This document shows, piece after piece, positions 1 to 9,661 of a stretch of 49,174 bases of DNA. The translations under genes and the position numbers were made by a program. Origin of the DNA: Bacteroidales bacterium (GTDB lineage Bacteria > Bacteroidota > Bacteroidia > Bacteroidales > UBA932); assembly GCA_017962585.1 (NCBI GenBank), contig JAGCVB010000050.1:1-49174 (forward strand). Reading direction: 5' to 3'. The notes beneath the pieces were generated by a model. That model had not been told where the DNA came from and made no database searches. It worked only from the letters and a program-made list of their open reading frames with translations. Each line of letters opens with the position of its first letter. Position 1 is the stretch's first letter.

Positions 1-1
1 C

Positions 2-163
2 GTGAGACTCACGGTGACAGACTGGCCCAAGACCGCTCCCCTTGGAATCATTGACTTCACAGTGTTCGGCTATCCTGACGGATACGATCCGCCGGCAGTT
101 GCGACGCCAACTTTCTCCAACCTTCCTATGGACAGGGAATATCAGGCTGCAAACCGCAGATAG
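2..163 (+). CDS. 3' end of a gene entering from the left edge; resembles the C-terminal discoidin/F5-8 (CBM32-like) strand of a glycoside hydrolase such as GH43
   Basis: Frame 2 is open from base 2 to TAG at 161-163 and reads VRLTVTDWPKTAPLGIIDFTVFGYPD...; the 'VRLTVT...GIIDFTVFG' pattern resembles a discoidin C-terminus. A terminator follows and the context is a PUL. Confidence 0.55.
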   Translation: MRLTVTDWPKTAPLGIIDFTVFGYPDGYDPPAVATPTFSNLPMDREYQAANRR

Positions 164-197
164 GAGAAAAGTCTGATATTGCAAACATATTCTTTAC

Positions 198-228
198 AAA
201 CCGGCCATTAAGTGGCCGGTTTTTCTTT
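198..228 (+). terminator. Rho-independent terminator
   Basis: AAACCGGCCA-ttaag-TGGCCGGTTT followed by a T-rich tract. Confidence 0.8.
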
Positions 229-312
229 ACTTTTTAGACCACTTTTCCTTTCACTTTAAAATCTATTATAAGATTTTTATTAAAAAATCGTTTTAGTTCT
301 CAAAATTTTCGT

Positions 313-320
313 TATTTTTG
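313..320 (+). promoter_or_regulatory. Bacteroidota sigmaA -7 element upstream of susC
   Basis: TATTTTTG matches TAnnTTTG about 60 nt before the ATG; no clean -33 TTTG. Confidence 0.5.
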
Positions 321-382
321 AAATGTGAATACTTAATTTTTAACAACCATAATACATCTTTTTAATCTTAATTTAACCACTT

Positions 383-3300
383 ATGAAAGGAAACTCATTC
401 CTAAAGTCAATTAAGATCTTTGCGATCTTAGTTCTGGCTGGTCTGAGCTCAAGCAGCGCTTTTGCGCAGACCCGTTCTATCAGCGGAACCGTAGTGGACA
501 ATCAGAATGTTCCCGTAATCGGAGCGTCTGTAATGGTTGTAGGACAGAACAATGTCGGCACCATCACAGACATCGACGGAAAGTTCACCCTGAGCGTTCC
601 AGCAGGTTCCTCAATCAGCGTATCTTTCATAGGATATGAGACACAGGTTATTCCCGTAGGAAACCAGAGTGTCTTCAACGTAGTGTTGGCTGAAGACTCC
701 GAATTCTTGGAGGAAACAGTGGTCATCGGTTACGGTGTGCAGCGCAAGAGCGACATCACCGGAGCAATCGCATCAGTGAAGAGCGACGCTCTCGAGAACC
801 GCGCCATCACCAATGCAGCCCAGGCCCTTCAGGGAAAGGCTGCCGGCGTACAGATCGTGAACGCCACAGGCGCACCTGGCGCTGAGTCCCAGATCCAGAT
901 CCGTGGATACTCATCCAACTCTAAGAACTCTCCGCTTATCATCGTGGACGGCCTCAAGGTAAGGTCGATGAGCTACCTTGATCCTGACAACATCGAGTCC
1001 ATGGAAATCCTGAAGGATGCTGCATCGGCAGCCATCTACGGAATCGAGGCAGGAAACGGTGTAATCCTCATCACCACCAAGAGCGGCAAGAGCGCCGGCG
1101 CCAACGGCCGTATCTTCTACAACTACCAGTACACCTCACAGAAGATCCATCACCTTCCTGCAATGCTCAGCGCCAAGGAATACCTTCAGTATCAGAACAC
1201 CCTCGACCCTACCATGACTCCTGAGAGCATGGAGTACGACGGCGTCACCGATACCAACTGGCCGGCTCTCTCATTCGAGAAAGGTCTGATGCAGCGTCAC
1301 ACCGTAGGATTCCAGGGTGGAAACGAGAACGGCAACCTTTACGCCTCCCTCACCTATCTTGACAACAACGGTATCGTAGTAGGCGACAAGGATATCCAGA
1401 AGAGGCTCACCGGCCAGATCAACGCCGAGTACAAGATCAAGCGCTGGATGACCGTCGGCGCCAACGTCTCCATCGAGAAGAGCCAGAGCAAGAGCGTATC
1501 CGAGGCTGTCAGCACCGGAGCTTCCATGATCGGATCCATCATCATGCTGGACCCTATCACTCCTTGGACCTACACCGGAGCCCTCCCTGCAAGAGTGCAG
1601 ACGATGGTTGACCAGGGTCTTGACCTCATGAGGGATCCTGACGGCTACATCTACGGTATCTCCGCATTCAGCAGCAACTCCCTGATCTACCATCCTATTT
1701 TCCAGCGTGACAAGGCTGATTCTGGAAGTAACGGATTCAACATCAGAGGTACTGCTTATGCGAACTTCACCCCCATCAAGGGCCTGACCATAACATCCCG
1801 TCTGGGATTCCGTTCAGGATACAGCAACTCCCAGACCTTCAACTACGAGCTCTACATCACACCGCTCGTAAACAACGACCTGGGTCTCAGCGGTTCCATC
1901 AACGACAACCTGTTCTACCAGTGGGAGAACTTCGCCAACTATACCTTCGACATCGGCAAGAACAACTTCACGTTGATGGCAGGTATGTCCTATGAGCACA
2001 GTTATTCCAACAACATCAGTGGAAGCGGTACAGAGCTCAGTGATACAGCCCCCAATTTCCGTTGGCTCTCACAGTTAAAGAACAACTCTCAGTTGTCAGT
2101 GAGCGGACAGCCTGGCGAAAGCGCCAACATGTCATACTACGGCCGTATCGGCTGGTCCTATGACCGCAGGTACAACCTCCAGGCCAGCTTCCGTGCTGAT
2201 GCTTATGACACCTCCAAACTGTCACCTGAGAACCGCTGGGGATACTTCCCTTCAGTTTCAGCAGGATGGAACATCAGCAACGAACCGTTCATGAGCGGCG
2301 TGAACAAGAACGTCCTCTCCAACCTGAGGCTCCGTACATCCTGGGGTATCAACGGTAACGTTAACTCCGTAGGCTCATACCAGTATGCGACCACCATGTC
2401 CCTGTCGACCAGAGGTTACAACTTCGGTAACACTGATGCCACCTGGCACGATGTCGCCTCTCCTTCATCAAGACTCGCAAATCCGGGACTCAAATGGGAG
2501 ACATCCCATCAGTTCGACATAGGTCTCGAGGGCCGCATGTTCGGAGACAAGCTCACATTCGAGTTTGACTGGTACGACAAGAGGACCCACAACCTCATCA
2601 CCTCCCTCACCGCTCCCGGTCACACCGGAGCAAGCAGTATGTATGTCAACGCTGGTAAGGTTCTCAACACCGGATTCGAGGCCATGTTGAGCTGGAAGCA
2701 GGCTATCGGCGACTTCAACTACGGCATCAGCATCAACGGCGCAACCCTTAAGAACAAGGTACTCGAAGGCACATCCAAGGAGCGCGTCCAGGGTGGAAGA
2801 GTATGGCAGTCCGACTACGTTACCTATTTCGAGGAAGGCTACCCTCTGTGGTATCTGAGAACCTATATGATGGATAGCATCAATCCCCAGACCGGAGAGG
2901 CTGTCTACAAGGATTTACCTGGTCCAAACGGTGAAGCCCCTGACGGATCAATCACCCAGGACGACCGCGACTATGTAGGAAAGGGTATTCCTGACCTCAC
3001 CTATGGTGTAACCCTCAATCTCGGATGGAAGAACTTCGACCTCACCATCTACGGTACAGGTGCTCAAGGCGTAGAAAAGCTCTTCAGCATGCAGCGCGGT
3101 GACTTCCGCGAGGCCAACACTCTCAAGTATTTCTGGGATAACGCGTGGGCCCCGGGAAAGACCAACTACATCTTCCCGAAGCCTAACAAGCTTGATACCT
3201 TCTATATCGCATCAGATGCCATGGTATTCGATGCTTCATTCTTCAAGATTAAGCAGATCCAGTTGGGATACACTGTTCCTCAGAGCATTTTGAGGAGGAT

Positions 3301-3478
3301 AAAGATGTCCCAGCTCAGGGCATATGTATCACTTGACGACTGGATCGTCTTCACCAAGTATCCTGGACTCGATCCTGAGACCAACGGATACAACAGCAGT
3401 ATTAACAGTCTGGCCCTTGACACGGGTTCATATCCTATGTCAAAGAAAGTTGTATTCGGTGTTAACATCGCATTCTAA
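383..3478 (+). CDS. susC: SusC/RagA family TonB-dependent outer membrane transporter
   Basis: Signal peptide, N-terminal GTVVD..PVIGASV domain, VVIGYG, plug motif ILKDAASAAIYG..AGNGVILITTK, LKWET motif, C-terminal F. Confidence 0.97.
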   Translation: MKGNSFLKSIKIFAILVLAGLSSSSAFAQTRSISGTVVDNQNVPVIGASVMVVGQNNVGTITDIDGKFTLSVPAGSSISVSFIGYETQVIPVGNQSVFNVVLAEDSEFLEETVVIGYGVQRKSDITGAIASVKSDALENRAITNAAQALQGKAAGVQIVNATGAPGAESQIQIRGYSSNSKNSPLIIVDGLKVRSMSYLDPDNIESMEILKDAASAAIYGIEAGNGVILITTKSGKSAGANGRIFYNYQYTSQKIHHLPAMLSAKEYLQYQNTLDPTMTPESMEYDGVTDTNWPALSFEKGLMQRHTVGFQGGNENGNLYASLTYLDNNGIVVGDKDIQKRLTGQINAEYKIKRWMTVGANVSIEKSQSKSVSEAVSTGASMIGSIIMLDPITPWTYTGALPARVQTMVDQGLDLMRDPDGYIYGISAFSSNSLIYHPIFQRDKADSGSNGFNIRGTAYANFTPIKGLTITSRLGFRSGYSNSQTFNYELYITPLVNNDLGLSGSINDNLFYQWENFANYTFDIGKNNFTLMAGMSYEHSYSNNISGSGTELSDTAPNFRWLSQLKNNSQLSVSGQPGESANMSYYGRIGWSYDRRYNLQASFRADAYDTSKLSPENRWGYFPSVSAGWNISNEPFMSGVNKNVLSNLRLRTSWGINGNVNSVGSYQYATTMSLSTRGYNFGNTDATWHDVASPSSRLANPGLKWETSHQFDIGLEGRMFGDKLTFEFDWYDKRTHNLITSLTAPGHTGASSMYVNAGKVLNTGFEAMLSWKQAIGDFNYGISINGATLKNKVLEGTSKERVQGGRVWQSDYVTYFEEGYPLWYLRTYMMDSINPQTGEAVYKDLPGPNGEAPDGSITQDDRDYVGKGIPDLTYGVTLNLGWKNFDLTIYGTGAQGVEKLFSMQRGDFREANTLKYFWDNAWAPGKTNYIFPKPNKLDTFYIASDAMVFDASFFKIKQIQLGYTVPQSILRRIKMSQLRAYVSLDDWIVFTKYPGLDPETNGYNSSINSLALDTGSYPMSKKVVFGVNIAF

Positions 3479-3500
3479 TTAATCCCAAATTATTATCGTT

Positions 3501-5123
3501 ATGAAAAAGTCTATTATTGCTATAGCTATGATATTGGGGTTATTTCTGACCTCAACATCTTGCCAGGATTCTCTTACTATCCCTCAGAAGAACGTATACG
3601 ACACTGAGGAATACTACAAGAATGCAAATGCTGACGATGCCGAGAAACTCATCGCTGCCATCTACAAGAATTTCTTCGATTATCAGGGAGTCGGCGTCGC
3701 AATGTGGCTGAACATCATCAGCGACGACAATCACGCCGGCAACCCGTTCGGAGCCAACGAGTTCCATATCGCAGATACCTTTACAATGACTCCTACCATC
3801 GCGTCAAGTATCGGTACGGTTTACAATACCAGCTACTCTATCATCTATAGGTCGAATATGATTCTGGAGAAGATTCCGGAGTCGAACGACGCCAGGATCA
3901 ACAGGGTGAAGGCAGAGGCCAAGTTCGCCCGCGCCTACGCCATGTTCGAGCTTTGCCGCTGGTTCGGCAATCCGCCGCTGGTGAAGGGACTCGTGACCAC
4001 CGATGAGGAGCGCTATATGGAAAATGCAGATCCTACACAGGTTCCTCCGAAGGAGCACATCGACTGGATCCTCGAGAACTATGACGAGGCAATCGCAGCT
4101 CTTCCGGCTATTTCAGGCAAGGGTACTCAGGCTGCTTTCGGCGCACGCATCTCCAAGCACGCCGCTCTCGCCTATGCAGGCAAGGCATGTCTCTGGTATG
4201 CCACAAGGTTCAAGGACAACTCCTACCTGAGCAAGGCTGACAAGTATCTGGAGCAGGTCGTAAATTCAGGCCTCTATGGCTTGATCGACGACATGAGCAT
4301 CCTCGAGACCCCTGCTGCAGACTTCTGCGAGGAGTATCTGTTCGAGCACTGTGCCGCAGATAACGACTCCCATCCTGGTGGATCCCAGAGCGACCTGAGG
4401 GAAACCTATTACAGCTGGGACAACACTTCCATCAAAATGCCGTCTGACTGGTATGGCAAAGGCTGGTTCTGGAATCACCCCACCAAGAACTTCGCTGAGT
4501 TCCTGGAGAACTTCGAAGGCAGCACCGAGACCAAGCGTTACAGGTCATCCATCATGAACTTCAAGCAGATCGCCGACCTCACAGGCACTCCTTATGACAA
4601 AGTTCTCATGAAGGCTATCCCTCACAACGAGGGCTGGATGCGTATCCGTGGAACTGCCAAGACGGCTGATTTCTACCAAGTTACAGGTTTCTGGAAGTAT
4701 TCAAAGGCCAACCGTTTCTATCTGCGCTATGCAGAAGTTCTCCTTATGTATGCTGAAGTCCGTTTCCTCTTGGGAGACACTACAGGCAAGGGCCTTGACG
4801 CACTCAACCAGGTTCGCCAGAGGGATGAACTCGCACCTATCTCCGCCCTTACCCTTCAGGCAATCAAGGACGAGCGCCGTGCTGAGCTTTATTCAGAGCC
4901 TGAGAGGTTCTTCGACCTTCTCCGTTGGGGAGACGCTCCGACCGTTCTCAAGGACGAAGGCAAGAAACTGTATACCCTTATGGCAATCGATGCAAACGGT
5001 GATCCGGTTGTCAATGTCATAGACGGCCCCGGCCAGGGCTGGCAGGACAAGTACTGGTTCTTCCCTTATCCTCAGGCACAGATAGAGGCTAACCCTAACC
5101 TCCATCAGAATCCGGGCTGGTAG
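3501..5123 (+). CDS. susD: SusD/RagB family glycan-binding lipoprotein
   Basis: Lipobox TSC, AEAKFARA, LRYAEVLLMYAE, ERRAEL..E..RFFDLLRWG, C-terminal NPNLHQNPGW; directly after susC. Confidence 0.96.
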   Translation: MKKSIIAIAMILGLFLTSTSCQDSLTIPQKNVYDTEEYYKNANADDAEKLIAAIYKNFFDYQGVGVAMWLNIISDDNHAGNPFGANEFHIADTFTMTPTIASSIGTVYNTSYSIIYRSNMILEKIPESNDARINRVKAEAKFARAYAMFELCRWFGNPPLVKGLVTTDEERYMENADPTQVPPKEHIDWILENYDEAIAALPAISGKGTQAAFGARISKHAALAYAGKACLWYATRFKDNSYLSKADKYLEQVVNSGLYGLIDDMSILETPAADFCEEYLFEHCAADNDSHPGGSQSDLRETYYSWDNTSIKMPSDWYGKGWFWNHPTKNFAEFLENFEGSTETKRYRSSIMNFKQIADLTGTPYDKVLMKAIPHNEGWMRIRGTAKTADFYQVTGFWKYSKANRFYLRYAEVLLMYAEVRFLLGDTTGKGLDALNQVRQRDELAPISALTLQAIKDERRAELYSEPERFFDLLRWGDAPTVLKDEGKKLYTLMAIDANGDPVVNVIDGPGQGWQDKYWFFPYPQAQIEANPNLHQNPGW

Positions 5124-5134
5124 TCACTGTATTT

Positions 5135-5179
5135 AAAAAAAAGCGTCCGCGATCATTAATCGCAGGACGCTTTTTTTTT
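5135..5179 (+). terminator. Rho-independent terminator after susD
   Basis: A8-GCGTCC-GCGAT...ATCGC-A-GGACGC-T9. Confidence 0.85.
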
Positions 5180-5180
5180 A

Positions 5181-5188
5181 TATATTTG
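5181..5188 (+). promoter_or_regulatory. -7 promoter element for GH51/GH97
   Basis: TATATTTG directly after the terminator U-tract, 26 nt before the ATG. Confidence 0.5.
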
Positions 5189-5214
5189 AACAAATAACTC
5201 TAACTAACCACTAT

Positions 5215-6747
5215 ATGAAAAAATTACTCTCTTTTATTTGTCTGGTACTTCCTTTATTGACGGCAGCCCAGACAACAATTTCTGTGAATACTGACCGTGT
5301 CATAGGAAAGATTGACAAGAATATCTACGGCGTTTTCATGGAGCCCATCGGGCGTGACCAGGAACCGCCTATTGAGAACAATGTCTACGGCCCGCTGTAT
5401 TGCCCGGGAACTCCAAATGCCAATGCAGACGGATTCAACCAGCTTTATATCGATGCATTCCGCGAGCTCCAGATCCCTGCAATGAGATGGCCGGGCGGCA
5501 ACTATGTGGCAGGATACAACTGGGAAGACGGAATCGGCCCCAAGGACCAGCGCCCCGTCCGCAAGGACCTGGCGTGGGGAGGCTACGAGACCAACCAGGT
5601 TGGTACCGACGAGTGGGTTGCACTGAACAAGGCAATAGGCAGCGAGAACATCATCTGCCTCAATCTCGGTCTGGGCGACATCAACAGCGCCCGTTTCTGG
5701 TGTGAGTACACCAACGTAGACCACGGAACCTATTATTCAGACCTTCGCGCCAAATATGGCCATCCGGAGCCTTACAAGGTTAAATACTGGGGCCTCGGAA
5801 ACGAGGTTGACGGCTATCCCTGGATCATGGGCCACAAGAACGCCGACGACTATGTAAAGGTAGCCATCGAGGCCGCCAAGGCCCTGCGCGCTGTTGACCG
5901 CAGCGTCCAGTTCGTGGCAAACGGATCGGCATACTATCCTGACGGAACCTGGGCAGAGTGGAACCGCAAGGTTGTCGAGGGCCTCACCGGAATCGCCCAC
6001 TACATCTCCATCCACAGGTATTGGAGGGACGGTCTGGACGAGTCCAGGGCAGACGACTATTACAGCTACGTAGGAGAGGCTGCAGCCGACTTCGAAGAGA
6101 AGATAATGTCCGTAAAGGCCCAGGTGGATATCCAGAAGGCCCTTCATCCCGAGAAGCGCTCCCTGATGCTTTCAGTTGACGAGTGGGGAGCACACGGAGC
6201 CGCAGGCATCAAGAACGTCCTTGCAGGTGCAATGTGCCTCAACTCCTTCGTACGCCACGCAGACTTCGTTAAAATGGGAGCATACACAATGGCAACTGGC
6301 CTTCTTGCCAGCGACCGCGAGTCAGGCCAGTATTACAAGTCCCCTTGGTTCTACGCATACAAGATGTTCTCTACCAACTGCCTTGGAGAGTCATTCGACA
6401 CATATGTAAGTGGTGACACTTTCTCATCAGGCCCTTACGACAACATCCCTTACCTTGATGCTACAGCTGCAACTTCAGAAGATGGAAAGACCCTTTTCGT
6501 TACAGTTGTCAACCGTCACGAGAAAGACGCCATCAAAGCAGATATCCAGAACGTAGGTAAGAACGCCTTCGCAGCAGGACGCGTTACCGTTTGTTCCATC
6601 GAGGGAGGCCTTGACGATACCTTCACCTACGCCAAGAGAGACTCCTACGCCCCCAAGGAGAGCACAGTGAATGTTGCAAGGGACGGAAAGATCACCTATA
6701 CCTTCCCGGCTCATTCCATCACCCAGTTCGCAATACCAGTAAAATAA
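5215..6747 (+). CDS. GH51 alpha-L-arabinofuranosidase (secreted)
   Basis: IYGVFME, RWPGGN, W.DGIGPK..RP, WGLGNE (acid/base), SVDEW (nucleophile), C-terminal FPAHSIT; signal peptide. Confidence 0.93.
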   Translation: MKKLLSFICLVLPLLTAAQTTISVNTDRVIGKIDKNIYGVFMEPIGRDQEPPIENNVYGPLYCPGTPNANADGFNQLYIDAFRELQIPAMRWPGGNYVAGYNWEDGIGPKDQRPVRKDLAWGGYETNQVGTDEWVALNKAIGSENIICLNLGLGDINSARFWCEYTNVDHGTYYSDLRAKYGHPEPYKVKYWGLGNEVDGYPWIMGHKNADDYVKVAIEAAKALRAVDRSVQFVANGSAYYPDGTWAEWNRKVVEGLTGIAHYISIHRYWRDGLDESRADDYYSYVGEAAADFEEKIMSVKAQVDIQKALHPEKRSLMLSVDEWGAHGAAGIKNVLAGAMCLNSFVRHADFVKMGAYTMATGLLASDRESGQYYKSPWFYAYKMFSTNCLGESFDTYVSGDTFSSGPYDNIPYLDATAATSEDGKTLFVTVVNRHEKDAIKADIQNVGKNAFAAGRVTVCSIEGGLDDTFTYAKRDSYAPKESTVNVARDGKITYTFPAHSITQFAIPVK

Positions 6748-6753
6748 TAATTG

Positions 6754-8697
6754 ATGCGTAAGATTTTGACAGCCGCCCTGATTGCGGCAACTATCCTGAG
6801 CGCTTCTGCCCAGAGTCCCGTGAGCGGACCGGACGGCAGGCTCAAAGTAAGCGTGAGCGCCGATGCCCGCTACAGCGTAAGTTATGACGGAATCCAGGTG
6901 CTGGAGTCCTCCGCACTTGGATTCAAGGCCAACCTTGGAGATTACAGCAAACTCTCCTTCACAGAAGAGAAGGCCTCACAGTTGGACCAGACCTACAAGA
7001 TGGAGACTATAAAGTCTTCCGTTGTGAACTACAAGGCCAACGTGTGCGTCTACACCTTCCAGAACTCCGAAGGCAAGAAAGTTGACGTGGAATTCAGGGT
7101 CAGCAACAACGACATTGCATTCAGGTATCTGCTCCCGCGCGAAGGCGCACCAGGAGGCGTGCGTATATTCGAGGAGACTACCGCCTTCAAGCTGCCGCAG
7201 GGGACTGTCAGCTTCCTTACTCCGCAGAGCGATGCCATGATAGGCTTCGCCCGCACCAAACCAAGCTACGAGGAATTCTACTATCTGGAGAAACCCCTCA
7301 CCGAGAAATCCGAGTATGGCCACGGCTATACATTCCCCTGTCTTTTCAAGACGGCAGACAATGCCTGGGTGCTCATAAGCGAAACAGGTGTGGACAGCCG
7401 CTACTGCGGCTCGCACCTGAGCGACTGGGACGCAGCTAAAGGCTATACGATAGCATTCCCTCTTCCTGAAGAGAACAACGGGGAAGGGGATACCGGAGCC
7501 GCGTTCTCAATTCCCGGCGCAACCCCGTGGAGAACTATCACCGTAGGCCTCGACCTTGCTCCGATAGCAGAGACCACAGTAGCCTGGGATGTAGTAGAAC
7601 AGCTCTACGAACCTTCCATAGACTATAAATTCGGCCGCAGCACCTGGAGCTGGATCCTATGGCAGGATCCCAGCATCAACTGGGACGACCTGGTAGCCTA
7701 CATAGACCTGGCCGCTGCAATGGGATACGAGTATACCCTGGTGGACGCTTACTGGGACAGGAACCTGGGCTACGACAAGATGGAGGAACTTATTCAGTAC
7801 GCGGCAAGCAAGAATGTGGGAGTATGGCTTTGGTACAGCTCCAGCGGCTGGTGGAACGACATCCCCCAGAGCCCCAAGGACAACCTGACCACTGCAGTAA
7901 GCCGCAAGAAGGAGATGGCCTGGATGAAGAAAGCCGGCGTCAAGGGCATAAAGGTGGATTTCTTCGGTGGTGACAAGCAGCAGACCCTGCGCTATTACGA
8001 AGACATCCTCAGCGACGCCAACGATTACGGCCTTATGTGCATCTTCCACGGTGCAACCCTGCCGCGCGGATGGGAGAGGATGTATCCCAACTTCGTGGGC
8101 AGCGAGGCCGTGAGAGCGTCGGAGAATATGGTCTTCAACCAGAACGACTGCAACCTGGAGCCTGAATTCGCCTGCCTGCATCCATTCATCCGCAATACTG
8201 TGGCTTCGATGGAATTCGGAGGCAGTTTCCTGCAGAGGCGCCTGAACCGCAATCCCAACAGGGGACCCCGCAGGATGACCACTGACGTATTCCAGCTGGC
8301 GCTGGCTGTGCTTTACCAGAATCCTGTACAGAATTTCGCTCTGGCTCCGACCAACCTGACTGATGGCACTTCCGAGGTATGCCTCGACTTCATGCGCGCG
8401 GTTCCTACTACCTGGGACGAAACCCGCCTGATTGACGGTTACCCTGGAAAATTCGTGACTATGGCGCGCCGTCACGGCAACACCTGGTATATAGTTTCCC
8501 TGAACGGAACCCTTGAAAATCCTATGAAGCTGGACTTGAGTGCCATCTGCAGGAAACTGGGACTGGATGCAGGAGTTTCAAGCATCAAGGTGTATACCGG
8601 AGGCAACGATGCCGTCGTAAGTGCCAAGTTGCCGGCTAAGGCGGTTGATGTCGCTCCTACGGATGCCGTTGTAGCGGTCATCACTCCTTGGCGGTAG
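6754..8697 (+). CDS. GH97 glycoside hydrolase, retaining-type motif (alpha-galactosidase / beta-L-arabinopyranosidase-like)
   Basis: GPDGRLKV N-terminus, F.VSNNDIAFRY, TPWR, LVDAYWD, GIKVDFF, FHG..LPRGWER.YPN...SEAV, VPTTWDET..IDGYPG; ATG at 6754 chosen over TTG at 6751. Confidence 0.92.
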   Translation: MRKILTAALIAATILSASAQSPVSGPDGRLKVSVSADARYSVSYDGIQVLESSALGFKANLGDYSKLSFTEEKASQLDQTYKMETIKSSVVNYKANVCVYTFQNSEGKKVDVEFRVSNNDIAFRYLLPREGAPGGVRIFEETTAFKLPQGTVSFLTPQSDAMIGFARTKPSYEEFYYLEKPLTEKSEYGHGYTFPCLFKTADNAWVLISETGVDSRYCGSHLSDWDAAKGYTIAFPLPEENNGEGDTGAAFSIPGATPWRTITVGLDLAPIAETTVAWDVVEQLYEPSIDYKFGRSTWSWILWQDPSINWDDLVAYIDLAAAMGYEYTLVDAYWDRNLGYDKMEELIQYAASKNVGVWLWYSSSGWWNDIPQSPKDNLTTAVSRKKEMAWMKKAGVKGIKVDFFGGDKQQTLRYYEDILSDANDYGLMCIFHGATLPRGWERMYPNFVGSEAVRASENMVFNQNDCNLEPEFACLHPFIRNTVASMEFGGSFLQRRLNRNPNRGPRRMTTDVFQLALAVLYQNPVQNFALAPTNLTDGTSEVCLDFMRAVPTTWDETRLIDGYPGKFVTMARRHGNTWYIVSLNGTLENPMKLDLSAICRKLGLDAGVSSIKVYTGGNDAVVSAKLPAKAVDVAPTDAVVAVITPWR

Positions 8698-8705
8698 AAA
8701 CTGTA

Positions 8706-8832
8706 CCTCCGAGGGGAGGGTGTTCCCTTCAAAACCTTTCATCCCTCCCACAGCGCTGCGCTTGTGGGCCCCTCCCGTTCACGAGGCCACGGGCGGCCAC
8801 GGGTTTTGAAGGGAACACCCTCCCCTCGGAGG
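8706..8832. repeat. 127-bp palindromic element with 31-bp perfect terminal inverted repeats (REP/MITE-like) between convergent genes
   Basis: CCTCCGAGGGGAGGGTGTTCCCTTCAAAACC (8706-8736) is the exact reverse complement of 8802-8832; two internal hairpins. Confidence 0.85.
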
Positions 8833-8844
8833 GATGCCGCAGAA

Positions 8845-9636
8845 CTAGTAAGTAATTTCTGAGAGGAAAAGGGCGTGGCCGGGAACGGATTCTCCGGCGT
8901 CGCCGCGAGACGGCAGGTCAAGCCTGCTGTCATTTGGAGGCAGGATCAGTTTTGCAAACTGGTCCTGCGTCATTTTGCCGCGTCCCACGTCAATCAGCGA
9001 GCCCACGACGGCACGCACCATATTGCGCAGGAACCTGTCGGCGCAGATCCTGAAATACATATAATCGCCTTCATTGCACGGAAAATGCGTCACAGAGCAG
9101 TGGGAAGGGGTGTAATTGTGCCAGCCGGCCTCGGTAACGGTGCAGATGGAAGTCTTGACGTCAGTACCGGTTTTCTGGAAACAACGGAAATCGTGCGTTC
9201 CCAACAACATTTTTGCAGCCTTGTCCATAGCCTCTGTATCAAGTACATACAGGCATTGGAAAGAGTAATGGGAGGCAAAGGGGTCTTTTCTGCGATGCAA
9301 AAAATATGTATATTCGCGTTTTGTAGCGTCAAACCTGGAATGGAATTCCTCCGGGGCGGCGGACACCTTCAGAACCACGATAGAAGGGGGGAGGATGGCA
9401 TTTAATTTGTAGCCCAAAGCCTCTGTGTCCAGGCCCTCAGGGGCGTCGAAATGGGCCACGTACCCAATGGCGTTGACGGCGGTGTCCGTACGGCCCGCGC
9501 CCGTGACGCTGATACTGCTGCGAAGCAGTTTGCCAAGGGCGTCTTCCAGGATGCCTTGCACGGTAGGAACTCCGGGCTGGACCTGCCAGCCGAAGAAAGA
9601 TGAACCGTCATAGCACAGGGAGATGGAATAACGCAT
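8845..9636 (-). CDS. truA: tRNA pseudouridine(38-40) synthase
   Basis: MRYSISLCYDGS.F.GWQ.QP, GAGRTD.AVNA, FHSRFDA, G.HDF..F, ADRFLRNMVR; start moved to ATG at 9636. Confidence 0.95.
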   Translation of the reverse strand: MRYSISLCYDGSSFFGWQVQPGVPTVQGILEDALGKLLRSSISVTGAGRTDTAVNAIGYVAHFDAPEGLDTEALGYKLNAILPPSIVVLKVSAAPEEFHSRFDATKREYTYFLHRRKDPFASHYSFQCLYVLDTEAMDKAAKMLLGTHDFRCFQKTGTDVKTSICTVTEAGWHNYTPSHCSVTHFPCNEGDYMYFRICADRFLRNMVRAVVGSLIDVGRGKMTQDQFAKLILPPNDSRLDLPSRGDAGESVPGHALFLSEITY

Positions 9637-9644
9637 AACGAATG

Positions 9645-9652
9645 CAAAATTA
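9645..9652 (-). promoter_or_regulatory. -7 element for truA (nearly leaderless)
   Basis: TAATTTTG on the minus strand, 8 nt before the ATG. Confidence 0.5.
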
Positions 9653-9661
9653 TTAAATATA

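Noticed and set aside
229-312. Arabinose-regulator (AraR/HTCS) site upstream of susC (CACTTT repeats)
   Set aside because: Matches are too short and AT-rich to support
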